Shown piece by piece: positions 43,768 through 54,362 of a DNA stretch of 64,000 nucleotides. The DNA is from Flectonema sp. DT1601 (lineage: Eukaryota): NCBI GenBank assembly GCA_964019425.1, contig OZ025781.1, forward strand, positions 1,550,001-1,614,000, in the 5' to 3' direction. Within the stretch, counting starts at the first letter, position 1, and every line of letters begins with the position of its first letter. Made by a program: the position numbers and the translations under genes. Under the pieces are notes generated by a model. That model saw nothing but the letters and a program-made list of their open reading frames with translations, ran no database searches and was not told where the DNA came from.

Positions 43768-46140
43768 ATGAATATATTTATGGAACTACCAGATGGTAAC
43801 GAAGCTCTCATAGTAGCTGAGCCTACCTCAACAGTTATTGATTTATTGAACGAAGTTAGCAGAGAATGCAACCTAATACAAAAACAGCTGAGACTTGTCT
43901 ACGAAGAATGTATTTTATCAGAGAGTTGTAACATATTATCTCTTGGTATTGAAAATGATTGCAAGGTACTAGTTGAGCAGAAGGATGAGTATCGAGCGGA
44001 AGTTGAATTTAAAAACCTCGGTTATGATTTATCAAAATTAGACATTCGTCGAGCAGTTCTCACTGGAGGAGATGTTTTAATGATTTTGTTAAGGATGCGG
44101 GCACTCCATCCAAATCTAATGTCGTTGGAACACCTGACTGACATCGCAATTAATAATTCCGTTATCGAATCGATTCGTATCTTATTACCGAAAATAACAA
44201 CACAACCACCAGAGTCCTACTTAAGCATTGCCCTTAATAAAGAAGATGATGAAGTAATCAATTTATTATACAAACAAAATGTTAAAATCACACCAAGGAA
44301 TAGATCATGCGCTGTATCAAATATAAAAACACCGAAACAAATGTTTCGTTATTTGGAATTTATAAACAAGAGTGACGACCGGAAAGCTGCTTTGAAGTCT
44401 CAATTGGGTATCGAGCTTTTTTTATCAAACTTTCTGCGGAGTGAATGTCCTTCGAATAGCCTCGCTGTTGTTGAAGTTTTAGTAAATAATTTTGACTGTG
44501 AGGGATTAACAGTGACTGACTGTTATCGAATCATTTCTGACTTCGATGATAATCAAATTCAAAAATTAATTAGCATGAATCTGACGACACCTAAATCATT
44601 ATTATTTGAAGCAGTTCGTAGTCATGCATCAAGAGTACAATTTATAATCAATCTCAACAACGAAGAAGCTATATCTGAAGCAATGTTCCACGTTAAAGAT
44701 CCCAACGCGCTCCCCCATCTAATCGAGGCCGGAGGTGATATTAACACAGTCAATGAAAATGGTCTAACCCCCTTGCTCACCTATTCAGACTCGATGTGTG
44801 TTGTTAAAGCCATCGAACACGGAGCTGACATAACAATCCTCTCACCAAATAACAGAAGCATTCTTCATTTTCATTTGGGTCCAATTGTCGTAACTAAGGT
44901 TTTAAAAACCCTTGTTACAATGACTATGCAACACAATATTAATATCAGAGAATCAGGAGGTAGTTCTGAGGATTGCGAAGATCCCTTTGAAGTAACAAGG
45001 AGGTTCATTAATTTAAAAACAACGAGTGGGACTGCAGCTATTCACACCTTAGGCACCTCTGATGTATCAAAAAGGTCTGAAACTCTAAGGCAGTTGTTAC
45101 TATACAAGGCAGACGTCGAAATTCAGGATTCCAATGGCAACACTATTTGTCACCTCCTTCAAGAGAGGACATGCAGCCTTGATAGTCTTCGATCAACTAT
45201 AGAGATATGTAGATCGATGAATGTTACTTTAAATTTAAATGCTAAAAATAAACTTGGAAAGAGACCAATTGATTTATCAGTCTTAAGAAATCGTTATAAT
45301 CACTTTGATATTCTAATTCAAAATGGAGCATCAGTTTCGGGTAATGGAATCGTTTGTAGTTCCATCATGTCAAAAAGTTTCGATCAAATGATGAGCTGCA
45401 TAAAAACTCATCCTTGTCTACAAAACTCACAACACCTTTTTCATGAACTAAAAGGAACAAGAAATGCTATTCATTTTGCAGCAGAAGCAGAACAATTAGA
45501 AACCATACAGCTCCTGCTTAAAGAATCAGTTGATTGTCATCTGGTTGATTATAATGGAATGACTCCACTGAGCTTAGCAATAATTAAAGGAAACGTTGCT
45601 ATTTCGAGGCTGTTGATTGACCAAGGAGCAGGACAGCCACCGAACATTCATGAAGTGATGAAAGATTTATTATTTGAGAGTAAGATAATTAATTGTGTCG
45701 ACAATGTAAACCACGTGATTTCTTTAATCAAATCAGAAAATTGGACTCTACCTCCTCCAACAGCAGAATCGGTTACAATAATACACGTAGCCAGTACAAA
45801 GAAAGAACATGTGGGTGCAGAAGTACTTCGGCTACTCATTGATAACAATTTGTATGATGTTAATTTGAGAGGTCCAATGCTATGGACACCTCTTCATTAT
45901 GCTGCTTCTCACAATAACGTTCCCGCAGTAGAATTCTTATTGGAAGCTGGTGCTGACTTCTCATCTCGCGGTAGGTCTTCTGATACTGCTATTCACGTTA
46001 GTAATATTCATGGATGTCGTGAGTCTGTTGAAGTGTTGAAGAATTATGGTGAGAACTTTATCTCTGAATTGCCTTCTAAACCAAAGCGGAAATTACCTCC
46101 AATCGAAATTGATATTCCAAGCTGGTTCTTTAATGACTAA
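43768..46140 (+). CDS. Ankyrin-repeat protein with N-terminal ubiquitin-like domain, 790 aa
   Basis: N-terminus MNIFMELPDG...TVIDL...QLRLVYEECIL...SLGIENDCKVLV (Ubl). Ankyrin motifs NGLTPL, GNTICH, GMTPLSLA, WTPLHYAASHNNVPAVEFLLEAGAD. Confidence 0.88.
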   Translation: MNIFMELPDGNEALIVAEPTSTVIDLLNEVSRECNLIQKQLRLVYEECILSESCNILSLGIENDCKVLVEQKDEYRAEVEFKNLGYDLSKLDIRRAVLTGGDVLMILLRMRALHPNLMSLEHLTDIAINNSVIESIRILLPKITTQPPESYLSIALNKEDDEVINLLYKQNVKITPRNRSCAVSNIKTPKQMFRYLEFINKSDDRKAALKSQLGIELFLSNFLRSECPSNSLAVVEVLVNNFDCEGLTVTDCYRIISDFDDNQIQKLISMNLTTPKSLLFEAVRSHASRVQFIINLNNEEAISEAMFHVKDPNALPHLIEAGGDINTVNENGLTPLLTYSDSMCVVKAIEHGADITILSPNNRSILHFHLGPIVVTKVLKTLVTMTMQHNINIRESGGSSEDCEDPFEVTRRFINLKTTSGTAAIHTLGTSDVSKRSETLRQLLLYKADVEIQDSNGNTICHLLQERTCSLDSLRSTIEICRSMNVTLNLNAKNKLGKRPIDLSVLRNRYNHFDILIQNGASVSGNGIVCSSIMSKSFDQMMSCIKTHPCLQNSQHLFHELKGTRNAIHFAAEAEQLETIQLLLKESVDCHLVDYNGMTPLSLAIIKGNVAISRLLIDQGAGQPPNIHEVMKDLLFESKIINCVDNVNHVISLIKSENWTLPPPTAESVTIIHVASTKKEHVGAEVLRLLIDNNLYDVNLRGPMLWTPLHYAASHNNVPAVEFLLEAGADFSSRGRSSDTAIHVSNIHGCRESVEVLKNYGENFISELPSKPKRKLPPIEIDIPSWFFND

Positions 46141-46359
46141 ATCTTATGTAATGGTCGAAACAAAAAAAACTCCCTTTTATGATTTTTATTCTCTTTATTG
46201 TTCTTAATCTTCTAGTCCATAGTCACTTGTACTCAATTGCATGGCATCCTAGCGCCAGTGAGTCGTGGCCTAAGCTTGACTGACCTTTTAATTATCTTTT
46301 TTTTAACTTTTTTTTAATCAAAAATTCCTATTCGCAGATAAGACAAAAAAAATAATAAA

Positions 46360-47139
46360 ATGTACGTTCCAATCACAAGACGTTGTGCAAGTCGTTTATC
46401 TCAGTATAAAAAAACAGTTGATCACAAACTACCAGAGCACGTTACTAATGAGAGGATATTTGGAGATTATTACAAAGTAAAAGAAGTAGGTGAAAAGATT
46501 AGTAAAGATAAAAGATATCAAGCTTTTGAAATCCACAGCGTAAAACACGCTGAACTATTGAGAACAGCGGCGGGAGAAATTAAAGATTGGGGTGCTTTTC
46601 CAGGAGTTTTTGTAAAAAGTAAAGAAACAGGGAAACCCGTCAACATCAGATTCTCAGATGCTAAAACTGACTACGAACTACTAAACTCATTGTGGTTGAT
46701 GGTGTTTGTTCACACTCATGATCACGACCGCTTTAAAGAATCAACACCAGCAATCCTACAGTCAGCTCTCCGTAAATACATAACAGAGCTTTCATTACTG
46801 GAAGAGAATGAAATATGTACATTAGAGTATATCGAAACAAATCCAGAATTTAAATTCTCACCTAAGAATTCAGAACCAGCTGCTATTTATAAACTGACTG
46901 GAACAGTACCAGAGGTTTTGTATTCAGCTGCTATGCTTCTTTTTAAGAAAGGATACTCTTCGGGATTAGTAACAAAAGATGATGACGGAAAGGATGTTCA
47001 TCCTCACATTATGACTGCTATTCCGACTTCTAATGATGAAAAATTATCGTCATTTCCTGATGTTGTAAAGCAAGTATCTAAGTCAGCACTTGCCACCTAC
47101 AAAGACGTTTTGTCTAAGGGTGTGGAAACAAACTTTTAG
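46360..47139 (+). CDS. Hypothetical, probably mitochondrion-targeted protein, 259 aa
   Basis: Clean ORF after the acceptor at 46337. Arg-rich, acid-free N-terminus MYVPITRRCASRLS. No family recognised. Confidence 0.75.
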   Translation: MYVPITRRCASRLSQYKKTVDHKLPEHVTNERIFGDYYKVKEVGEKISKDKRYQAFEIHSVKHAELLRTAAGEIKDWGAFPGVFVKSKETGKPVNIRFSDAKTDYELLNSLWLMVFVHTHDHDRFKESTPAILQSALRKYITELSLLEENEICTLEYIETNPEFKFSPKNSEPAAIYKLTGTVPEVLYSAAMLLFKKGYSSGLVTKDDDGKDVHPHIMTAIPTSNDEKLSSFPDVVKQVSKSALATYKDVLSKGVETNF

Positions 47140-47368
47140 CGTTGAAGGGAGACTAACAGCAGCGAGGGCAACGATAAAAAAAACCCGACAATCGCTCGCT
47201 CTGTAGACTTAACTATGGAATGCTTCTACTCTGGTGGTCTTTGTATTCTTCGTAGCGATTCATACTTTTTGAGCCTTTTTTCTTAAATTAAATCTTTCTT
47301 TTTTTTGATAAAAGTAACCTTCTTAATTCAACTTAAACAGAAAATAACAATCCAATAATGACTATTAG

Positions 47369-50300
47369 ATGAGAGAAAGACACAACCCAACACACACAAT
47401 TGGTGGTAGTGATGTTGTAAGGCTATTACCATTATTATCACAAAGAATTGTCAGTGATGATATCCCTAATAGGTTTAGTTCAGATTCTATGTCATTGCAG
47501 AGCTTCAATTCTCAATCTTACGAACCTGAACAAACAATCGCCTCTCTAAACCAACTACAATTCAGATCAACTCTGAAGTCTGGTTGCAGCTCTAGACCAA
47601 CTTCACAATCACTAAAAACTAAAGCAGGATGTCTGTTAAAAAGACGAGCAATCAATTCAATGCCGAACCACGCATTCCAAACTGACGTTAAACAACAATG
47701 GCAATTCGTATCAGGTCACTGGTTGAGCGTAGTATCAGAAAACGATAACCACAGCAACAGTAGTCAATGTTATAATTATGATGCAATAGAAACCTTAAAT
47801 AGTGAACTGGATGATATTCTTAATCAGTCAGAAGGTGGAATTGCGAAAGTTTCACATCACCAAAGTAGTTTAGACACAATGGGAACTACAGCAGAAACAG
47901 TTTATAAATACTTAGCTAAGGAGACAAGCGTAATAACACCAGATGATTTACAACATGCTTGTCCTTCTACGGAAGAAGATTCAAAAATGCATTCTCGATT
48001 TGAAACTTTACTTCAAGCCTGTAAAGGAGGATTGTCATTACCTGATTTCGTCGCTTGGTTCATCAGAAGTGAAGATACTCAGTTGCTGTCTCATATTTCA
48101 ATAAGTGTTTCCAAATTGATCTCACAGGCACAGAGAGCCTTCAAATGCATAAGCAAAGGTCGTGTTTGGTTATCAGGATCTGACCTAGAGCCGTATGCAA
48201 AATTCTGCCCAACAAACAGTAGTATAGCAGAAAGCTATTCAAGATTGCTATCAACGGTAAAGAACTGCAGGAGATCTCAGTGTGATGAACAACTTCAACT
48301 TAATGATGACAACTCTAATTCTAATCCAACTGATTCAGAACATTGTATTGATGTGAATACTTTCTTAGATTGGTTTACGACTCATAAAGAATTAGAACTC
48401 TTACAATTCTTAGCTAAACTATTCTCTACTGGTATCAGTAATACCGAACGGACAGTCAGAGGAGCTGTCGCTACTTTTCTCGACATCGGAAAGCGTGCGA
48501 CTACAATCTTTAATAAGATTTCACAGTACAGATCAATAACAGGGAGTAAGCAATCTTCTACTCAACCAATACAGAGATTATTAGATAAATCATTTACTGG
48601 TAGAAAGGTTTCGAGGAAGTCAGATCACCCAATACCTGGGATTATGAAGATACGAGCTAGTAGAGCTTTCTTACAAATTCCACAAGGAGGTGATAAGAGA
48701 AAAGTGTCTTCGGGATTGACACCATCACCGCCGGGTATGATTACTACTCCGTCTGTGACGTTGATACCATCACCACCTGTTGGATTAGATTCTTCAATAA
48801 GTGTTCGTAAGCAACAGTTAAGTATCACACCAACTGTGGAGAGTTGTATTTCTTCAATCAAAGATTGTGATGCTCAAAGTGATGTCAGTACTTGCAGTGA
48901 CAACGATAATTCAAAACCTCTCATGCCCAACGTTTCTTCACAAAAAAGCCGCAGTGTCCTAATTAACAAGAAAACTTCTCTTAATGGACGGCCTAGTAAG
49001 TTTAGTCTTAGTCGACTCTCAACTGATTCTGGAAGGCGTTTGTCTTCATTCAAAACCCGAAGATCTTCTGTTCTGGCTGTCGCTAGAATGAAATCTCTTG
49101 TTCAGATAGCTGACGTTAAACAACAGAAGAAAGTTGTTTTGATATCATCCAGTAGAGTTATAGAGTTATTACAAAGTTGTCCTCATGTTGCTAATTCATC
49201 TTATCTCTTAGGTAAGATAAATGAACTCTCTCGAGGACAAGAACAACTTCGACTATCTGAATGGATAGAGTTCGTAAAGGGAATTGCTTCGGATAGTCCG
49301 AGTGAAGCAAACTTACTTCTAATTACTTTGGAAGAACAAATTCAATACTACCATCGGAATATGGGAGGGTTACCACCTGAAAAGAATACTTGGAAGAGTA
49401 GAAACATCATGGCGCTATTAAGAAAAAGTCGCAAGAAAGACAGCAGTGATGATCTTCTTCAAATTACTTCTGATGAACATATTGTTGAGTCACCCTCATT
49501 AGCTATCAGTGATAGTGGCTTCCCTGATCCTATCCCTGGGTTATCACCTCTCGGAATGAATGATTGGGAATTGAACCACGAAGGTTTAAAGAAACACTCA
49601 ATCTTTTCTATTCCAACATTCGATAACCGAAGAGAAGAGTCTGATATCCTTTTAGGGTCACCTGTCTTGACCGTTACAACTGCCGAGACGAGTGGTAATA
49701 ATGGAAAGAAGGGATCGGTATTTTCGGTCCCAGCATTCGACAGTCACAACATCAGATCGAGTATAGAATCACCGATGCTTGTTGTGACAAACTCTGTGGG
49801 AGCTGAGACAGGAGTGGGGATTGAAAGAAGGGTTTCTATGGTTACTGTTCCTATCTTCGAAGGCAACAAACCCCCTGCCGAAGATGATGAAACAAAATCA
49901 TTCAGAATTGTTACAGTAGCTATAGTTCTGATAGTCACCTCTGCCGCTATCGCATCTGAAAGCGTCTTAGCAAAAATCATCAAACCAATGAGACTGGTTG
50001 TTGAACAACAGAAGATTGTTTCTTTTGGAACCGCTTCAATCGCAAGAAGAGTCACTCACTTGACCCTAAATCCAAACCTTCACTCATCAGTCATTCCAGT
50101 TATTGGATTATTAAAAGGATCAAAGACAATGATATCTGACATCGCAATGGAATTAATTATTATCGGAATTACTATTGCTGGTGTTATCGTAAATGTCGGA
50201 TGTACTACTGCGAGACATAAACTACGAAGTAGGATGATGTCATCTGTTCGTATTAGAAAGAGTGTTGCGCCTCCTCCGACTGTTGCAGTTTTAGAACGAA

Positions 50301-50590
50301 GATCAACAAGAAGAAATAGTTCTATTGATGAGATTAGTGCTTGTATTTTATCATCTAGTATGACTGATTGTCCGGGTATGTCTCAAGAGATTCATTCCAG
50401 ACTTCGAGATGATTTCCTGCGAATTCAAAATCGAGGAACCGTTTCACAAATTCCATCATATTGTCAACTCCATGAGCTTCGTGTTAAAGAAATCAACCCA
50501 ATTAATACTTTCCCAGAACTTGTTGACGTTTATTTTCACAGTTTAGTTAATAACGATAACGAAAAACAAGAAGGAATAAATATGATTTAG
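47369..50590 (+). CDS. Ser-rich hypothetical protein with degenerate EF-hand-like segments and two C-terminal hydrophobic helices, 1073 aa
   Basis: Long uninterrupted ORF. LSLPDFVAWF / IDVNTFLDWF / LRLSEWIEFV repeats. Hydrophobic segments FRIVTVAIVLIVTSAAIA and LIIIGITIAGVIVNVG. Confidence 0.75.
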   Translation: MRERHNPTHTIGGSDVVRLLPLLSQRIVSDDIPNRFSSDSMSLQSFNSQSYEPEQTIASLNQLQFRSTLKSGCSSRPTSQSLKTKAGCLLKRRAINSMPNHAFQTDVKQQWQFVSGHWLSVVSENDNHSNSSQCYNYDAIETLNSELDDILNQSEGGIAKVSHHQSSLDTMGTTAETVYKYLAKETSVITPDDLQHACPSTEEDSKMHSRFETLLQACKGGLSLPDFVAWFIRSEDTQLLSHISISVSKLISQAQRAFKCISKGRVWLSGSDLEPYAKFCPTNSSIAESYSRLLSTVKNCRRSQCDEQLQLNDDNSNSNPTDSEHCIDVNTFLDWFTTHKELELLQFLAKLFSTGISNTERTVRGAVATFLDIGKRATTIFNKISQYRSITGSKQSSTQPIQRLLDKSFTGRKVSRKSDHPIPGIMKIRASRAFLQIPQGGDKRKVSSGLTPSPPGMITTPSVTLIPSPPVGLDSSISVRKQQLSITPTVESCISSIKDCDAQSDVSTCSDNDNSKPLMPNVSSQKSRSVLINKKTSLNGRPSKFSLSRLSTDSGRRLSSFKTRRSSVLAVARMKSLVQIADVKQQKKVVLISSSRVIELLQSCPHVANSSYLLGKINELSRGQEQLRLSEWIEFVKGIASDSPSEANLLLITLEEQIQYYHRNMGGLPPEKNTWKSRNIMALLRKSRKKDSSDDLLQITSDEHIVESPSLAISDSGFPDPIPGLSPLGMNDWELNHEGLKKHSIFSIPTFDNRREESDILLGSPVLTVTTAETSGNNGKKGSVFSVPAFDSHNIRSSIESPMLVVTNSVGAETGVGIERRVSMVTVPIFEGNKPPAEDDETKSFRIVTVAIVLIVTSAAIASESVLAKIIKPMRLVVEQQKIVSFGTASIARRVTHLTLNPNLHSSVIPVIGLLKGSKTMISDIAMELIIIGITIAGVIVNVGCTTARHKLRSRMMSSVRIRKSVAPPPTVAVLERRSTRRNSSIDEISACILSSSMTDCPGMSQEIHSRLRDDFLRIQNRGTVSQIPSYCQLHELRVKEINPINTFPELVDVYFHSLVNNDNEKQEGINMI

Positions 50591-50742
50591 TTAAGTTATT
50601 ATTGTTACGTTCTGGTTCGATTCTTCCTCAAGGAATTTTTTTTTTTTTATTTACACTGGTTTTTTTAACAATTATTAGCAAAGACGTGTGAACATTGTAA
50701 TTTAACTTAATATTTTTTTCCCCCCCTTCCAAGGCTTGGAAG

Positions 50743-52623
50743 ATGTCTCACCGAGATGACAGTGATCATCAGGTACACAATATCAGTATACCTGGTCATC
50801 GGGAATTGAATTTCGGTCTTAGATGGGACTTTGTTGGAGAAGAACCGTTTGATCTTGACGTATCCTGCGTTAGTTTTGATAGAGCTGGCAACACTGGAGA
50901 AGTTGTTTATTTTAACAATTTGGTAACGACTGGTGAATGGATGGTTCACACTGGTGATAATACAACAGGAGAGGGTGATGATGATGACGAAGCCATTCAA
51001 GTCTATTTATCAAAGATTCCTCAAGAAATTCATTCCCTTGTACTCGTCATAACATGTCACAATACGGGTATGTTTTTATAGCAATCCAAACATTACAAAT
51101 ATATAATCTTTATAACTATTTTACGAACAGGTTTCAATCTCGGTGCTGTAGATAGCATTCTATGCGCTGTGACTGACATGACTATGGACGATTTAATTTG
51201 TTCTATTCCAGTTCATCTTTCAAAAGACTCAACAGCGACAATAGTTTGCAAATTACAACGTCTCAGTAATAGCAGTTCTGATGTTGTCAACCCATTTGGG
51301 TTTTGGGAACTCGCTGAGTTGAATAAACCAGCAGCAGGACATTCCATTGCAGACAAATCCTTAGTATTAGCCATGCAAGAGGTGTGTGTGTGTTTCGTAG
51401 TATCTGTTGTGTGGTTTCATAATATAAGACAAAAAGAATAAAAATAAAAAAATAAAAAACAGCTTCTGGACATATCAGAAGAGTATCTCAGTCAAAGAAA
51501 AGAATTAGTAATAAACATTGATGGCAAAAAACGAAATGTCGCGCAGTTATCAGCAGACGTGCAGCATCTCGTATTTGGAATTGGTTGGAGTAAAAGCGAC
51601 GAAGACATTGACTGCACTGTAATCTACATGAGTAGAAGAGCTGAATACGTAGATCACGTAAATAGTAAAAATAAATTACAATCTGCAGACAAAGCCTGCG
51701 TTCACTGTGGTGACAATGTCACTGCAGTCGACGCTAAGGGAACTGGAGACAAAGAAAAAGTCGACCTTTACGTAAAGCAGATCACACCAGCATGTGATTA
51801 TGTTGTATTTGCCGTATCTACTGTCGAACGTGACGGTAAATGGATGGGAAAATTAAGTCAGGTACAAGGTTCCTATTGTAGAATTGTAGAAGTAAAAAAG
51901 AAAGTTGGAAAAGGAAAGACTCACAACATCGAAGACCGCAACGTTATCGTAAGAGGGAATCTGAGTAAAGTATCAAAAGACGCGGTTGGAGTTATATTCG
52001 CTGTTATGTACAGAGATGATTCTCAAGCTGGTTGGAAAGTTTTACCCATTCAAGAATGCCTAAATCACTTACCCATAAGTAGTATCTCACCAGGTGAATT
52101 CGTTCCAATTGTTAGATCCCTTGTTGTTTATTTAGAAGACTTAAAACTAATCCACGCTGCAGCAATAATGGATTTCCAACGAGATCATTGGATGAACTTC
52201 ACAGCAGGCATCTCAAGCACACATATCTTATCTGTGACGGTTGTTGAAGCGAGAAATCTTGGACCTCAAGGAAAATCTTTTAATTGTCATCTGCAGCTAT
52301 GGACAATGGATCAGGGAAAGCAATATCAAAAATTTCGAACAGCGTCAAGTACTAACAGAATAGATCCTACTTGGAATGAAACTTTTGAATTCGAAGTAAC
52401 TTTTCACGATTCTATTCGAGTCGTTGCCTTCGATCGATACTTCGTAGGAGTAGTCGACATCCCGCTTGTTAAGTATAAAGATATCTTTGAAGAGACTCTT
52501 TCAGACGCCTGGCTTCCTCTCTGTGGTTCTGACGTCGAAGGTGAAATTCACTTAAAAATGACCCGTAAGGTAATCGCAACTAAAAAAGTAAAATCCAGAC
52601 CTGAATTCTGCTGCCTTGCATAG
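50743..52623 (+). CDS. Tandem TerD-domain plus C2-domain protein with C-terminal CaaX-like motif, 578 aa; exons 50743-51067, 51131-51381, 51463-52623
   Basis: TerD motifs FGLRWD..DLDVSC..VYFNNL..HTGDNTTGEGDDDDEAI and FGIGW..DIDCT..HCGDNVT..GDKEKV. C2 motifs LSVTVVEARNL and DPTWNETFEF. Ends in CCLA. Introns 51068-51130 and 51382-51462 keep the frame. Confidence 0.88.
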
Positions 52624-53031
52624 CAGAGCCATTTTTTTTTTTTTTTTTAAATTTGTTTTTTATGTTTTTGTCATTTTGGTTTCAGTTTCTACTACACGAT
52701 ATTTATTTATTATTATTTTTCATTTGAGACACGTTTTGTGTCAAAAACTGAAATATCTTTTTGAAAGAGGCTACTTTTACAAGTACCTAATAATTACTTT
52801 TGGAGCGATGCATTTCCACATTATTTTTTAACTTTAGTTGCGTTTTGTTGTTTTTTAATTTGATAAGATGCGACTGTGTTAACTTTTTTTCTTATTCTAC
52901 GCTCTTTTTAGATAGCATTCGCATTCTGTATCTGATTGTGATGATGGGGTTTTTATGTATTTTTTTTTTTAAAAATAAAAATTCAAATATCAACTCAGTA
53001 CTACACGTTTTTAAAAAAAAAAAAAAAAAAA

Positions 53032-54362
53032 ATGTTAAGTTCGGAAGAACTTGAGAATCTTTGTTTTGAAGATCAATCTGCGTGGGATCAGAGTACTTTG
53101 GACCCTCCTCCTTATAAAGGAGCAATGCGAGATATTGCAAAAGGTGTTCATGAAGGAGATTTATTATTCGACAGTCTCTCAACACCACAACTAATAAATA
53201 GCATTCATACTAACGGAGAAGGACTACCAAGTACAGGACAACCATCATGGGATGTTAACTGGCAACAAATATCAAACGGACAACACGTATGGAGAGAACT
53301 ACTTGGACCAACTTCAGTAAGTCTCTCAGGAGCACTGCTATTGGGGTTTAGCATTCATAGGTTTGCTGAGGTATGTTGTTAAATCTGACATGTTAACAAT
53401 TCAGTACAGGTAGTACATAATAAACAAAACATTAACAGGTATTAGTGTTGTCGGGTTACGCTGATTCTGCTGACTCTAATTTTCGGAGATATCAGGCGAC
53501 GGCTTATCATACTCAAGACTGGATGAGATTTGATTTGCAATCTGAAGATTCTCCAGCAAGAAAAAGTATTAAACAAGTGAGAGCGATGCATTCGTTGGCA
53601 AGAAGAAAAGCAATTGAACAGAACTTAATGCAAAAAGAATCTAACGGGATACCACTTTCACAATATGACATGGCTGAGACCCTGTTTGCGTTCTCATCTG
53701 TTTCGATTGACATTATCTGTCACACATTTAAATTATCACATAAACTTGATGACACTAAAAGGAGAGATATGATTTCCGTCTGGAGACTAATTGGATTTTA
53801 TCTCGGCATTCAAGACGAGTATAATACGTGTTCTAGTCTTGAATACAACAAGAAATGTTTCTTTGATTGGCATACTTGGTCGGTCTGTAGAATTACTTCA
53901 GGAAGCGCAGCAAGTAAAAAGTTAGTAGAAACAACTTGTGAGGGTTTTGGTAAACATCTGCCTGCTGGTTTGGAGTATTGGAAAGCATTTTATAAATCTT
54001 TGTTCCTTGAGTACAATGCTATTTATAAGTGTGATATGAAGATTCCTATTTCTGATGGACTTTCAGGAGTCTCTCAATTCATCAGAACACTACTACCTGT
54101 TCTTGGAATGGGACCCGTCTCTCGTCGAATTCAGAAACGTTTATACATTGAACGTGATGCATATTTTGATGATCGTCCGCTTTTCAACCGAATCCAAACT
54201 CGCAAACAGCGAGCATCTCAATTTTCTGACAACATCTTATGGCCTTGTGTGTCTGCAATGTATTCGGTATATAAATTTATATTCAGCAGAGTGTTCTTAG
54301 GTCCTTCTATGTTTCTTATTTTGTATCACATATACAGTGATAAGGTTGTAGTTGCTGCTTAG
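53032..54362 (+). CDS. MpaB/Lcp (DUF2236, ER-bound oxygenase/rubber oxygenase-like) heme protein, 420 aa; intron 53371-53438
   Basis: RRYQAT, SIKQVRAMHSLAR (candidate heme His), IPLSQYDMAETLFAF, WRLIGFYLGI. C-terminal hydrophobic anchor. Confidence 0.8.

Noticed and set aside
16112..54362. A functional stress/detox cluster (GST, VIT1, TerD, MpaB)
   Set aside because: The genes are scattered among unrelated housekeeping genes, as expected in directional arrays; there is no evidence of co-regulation.
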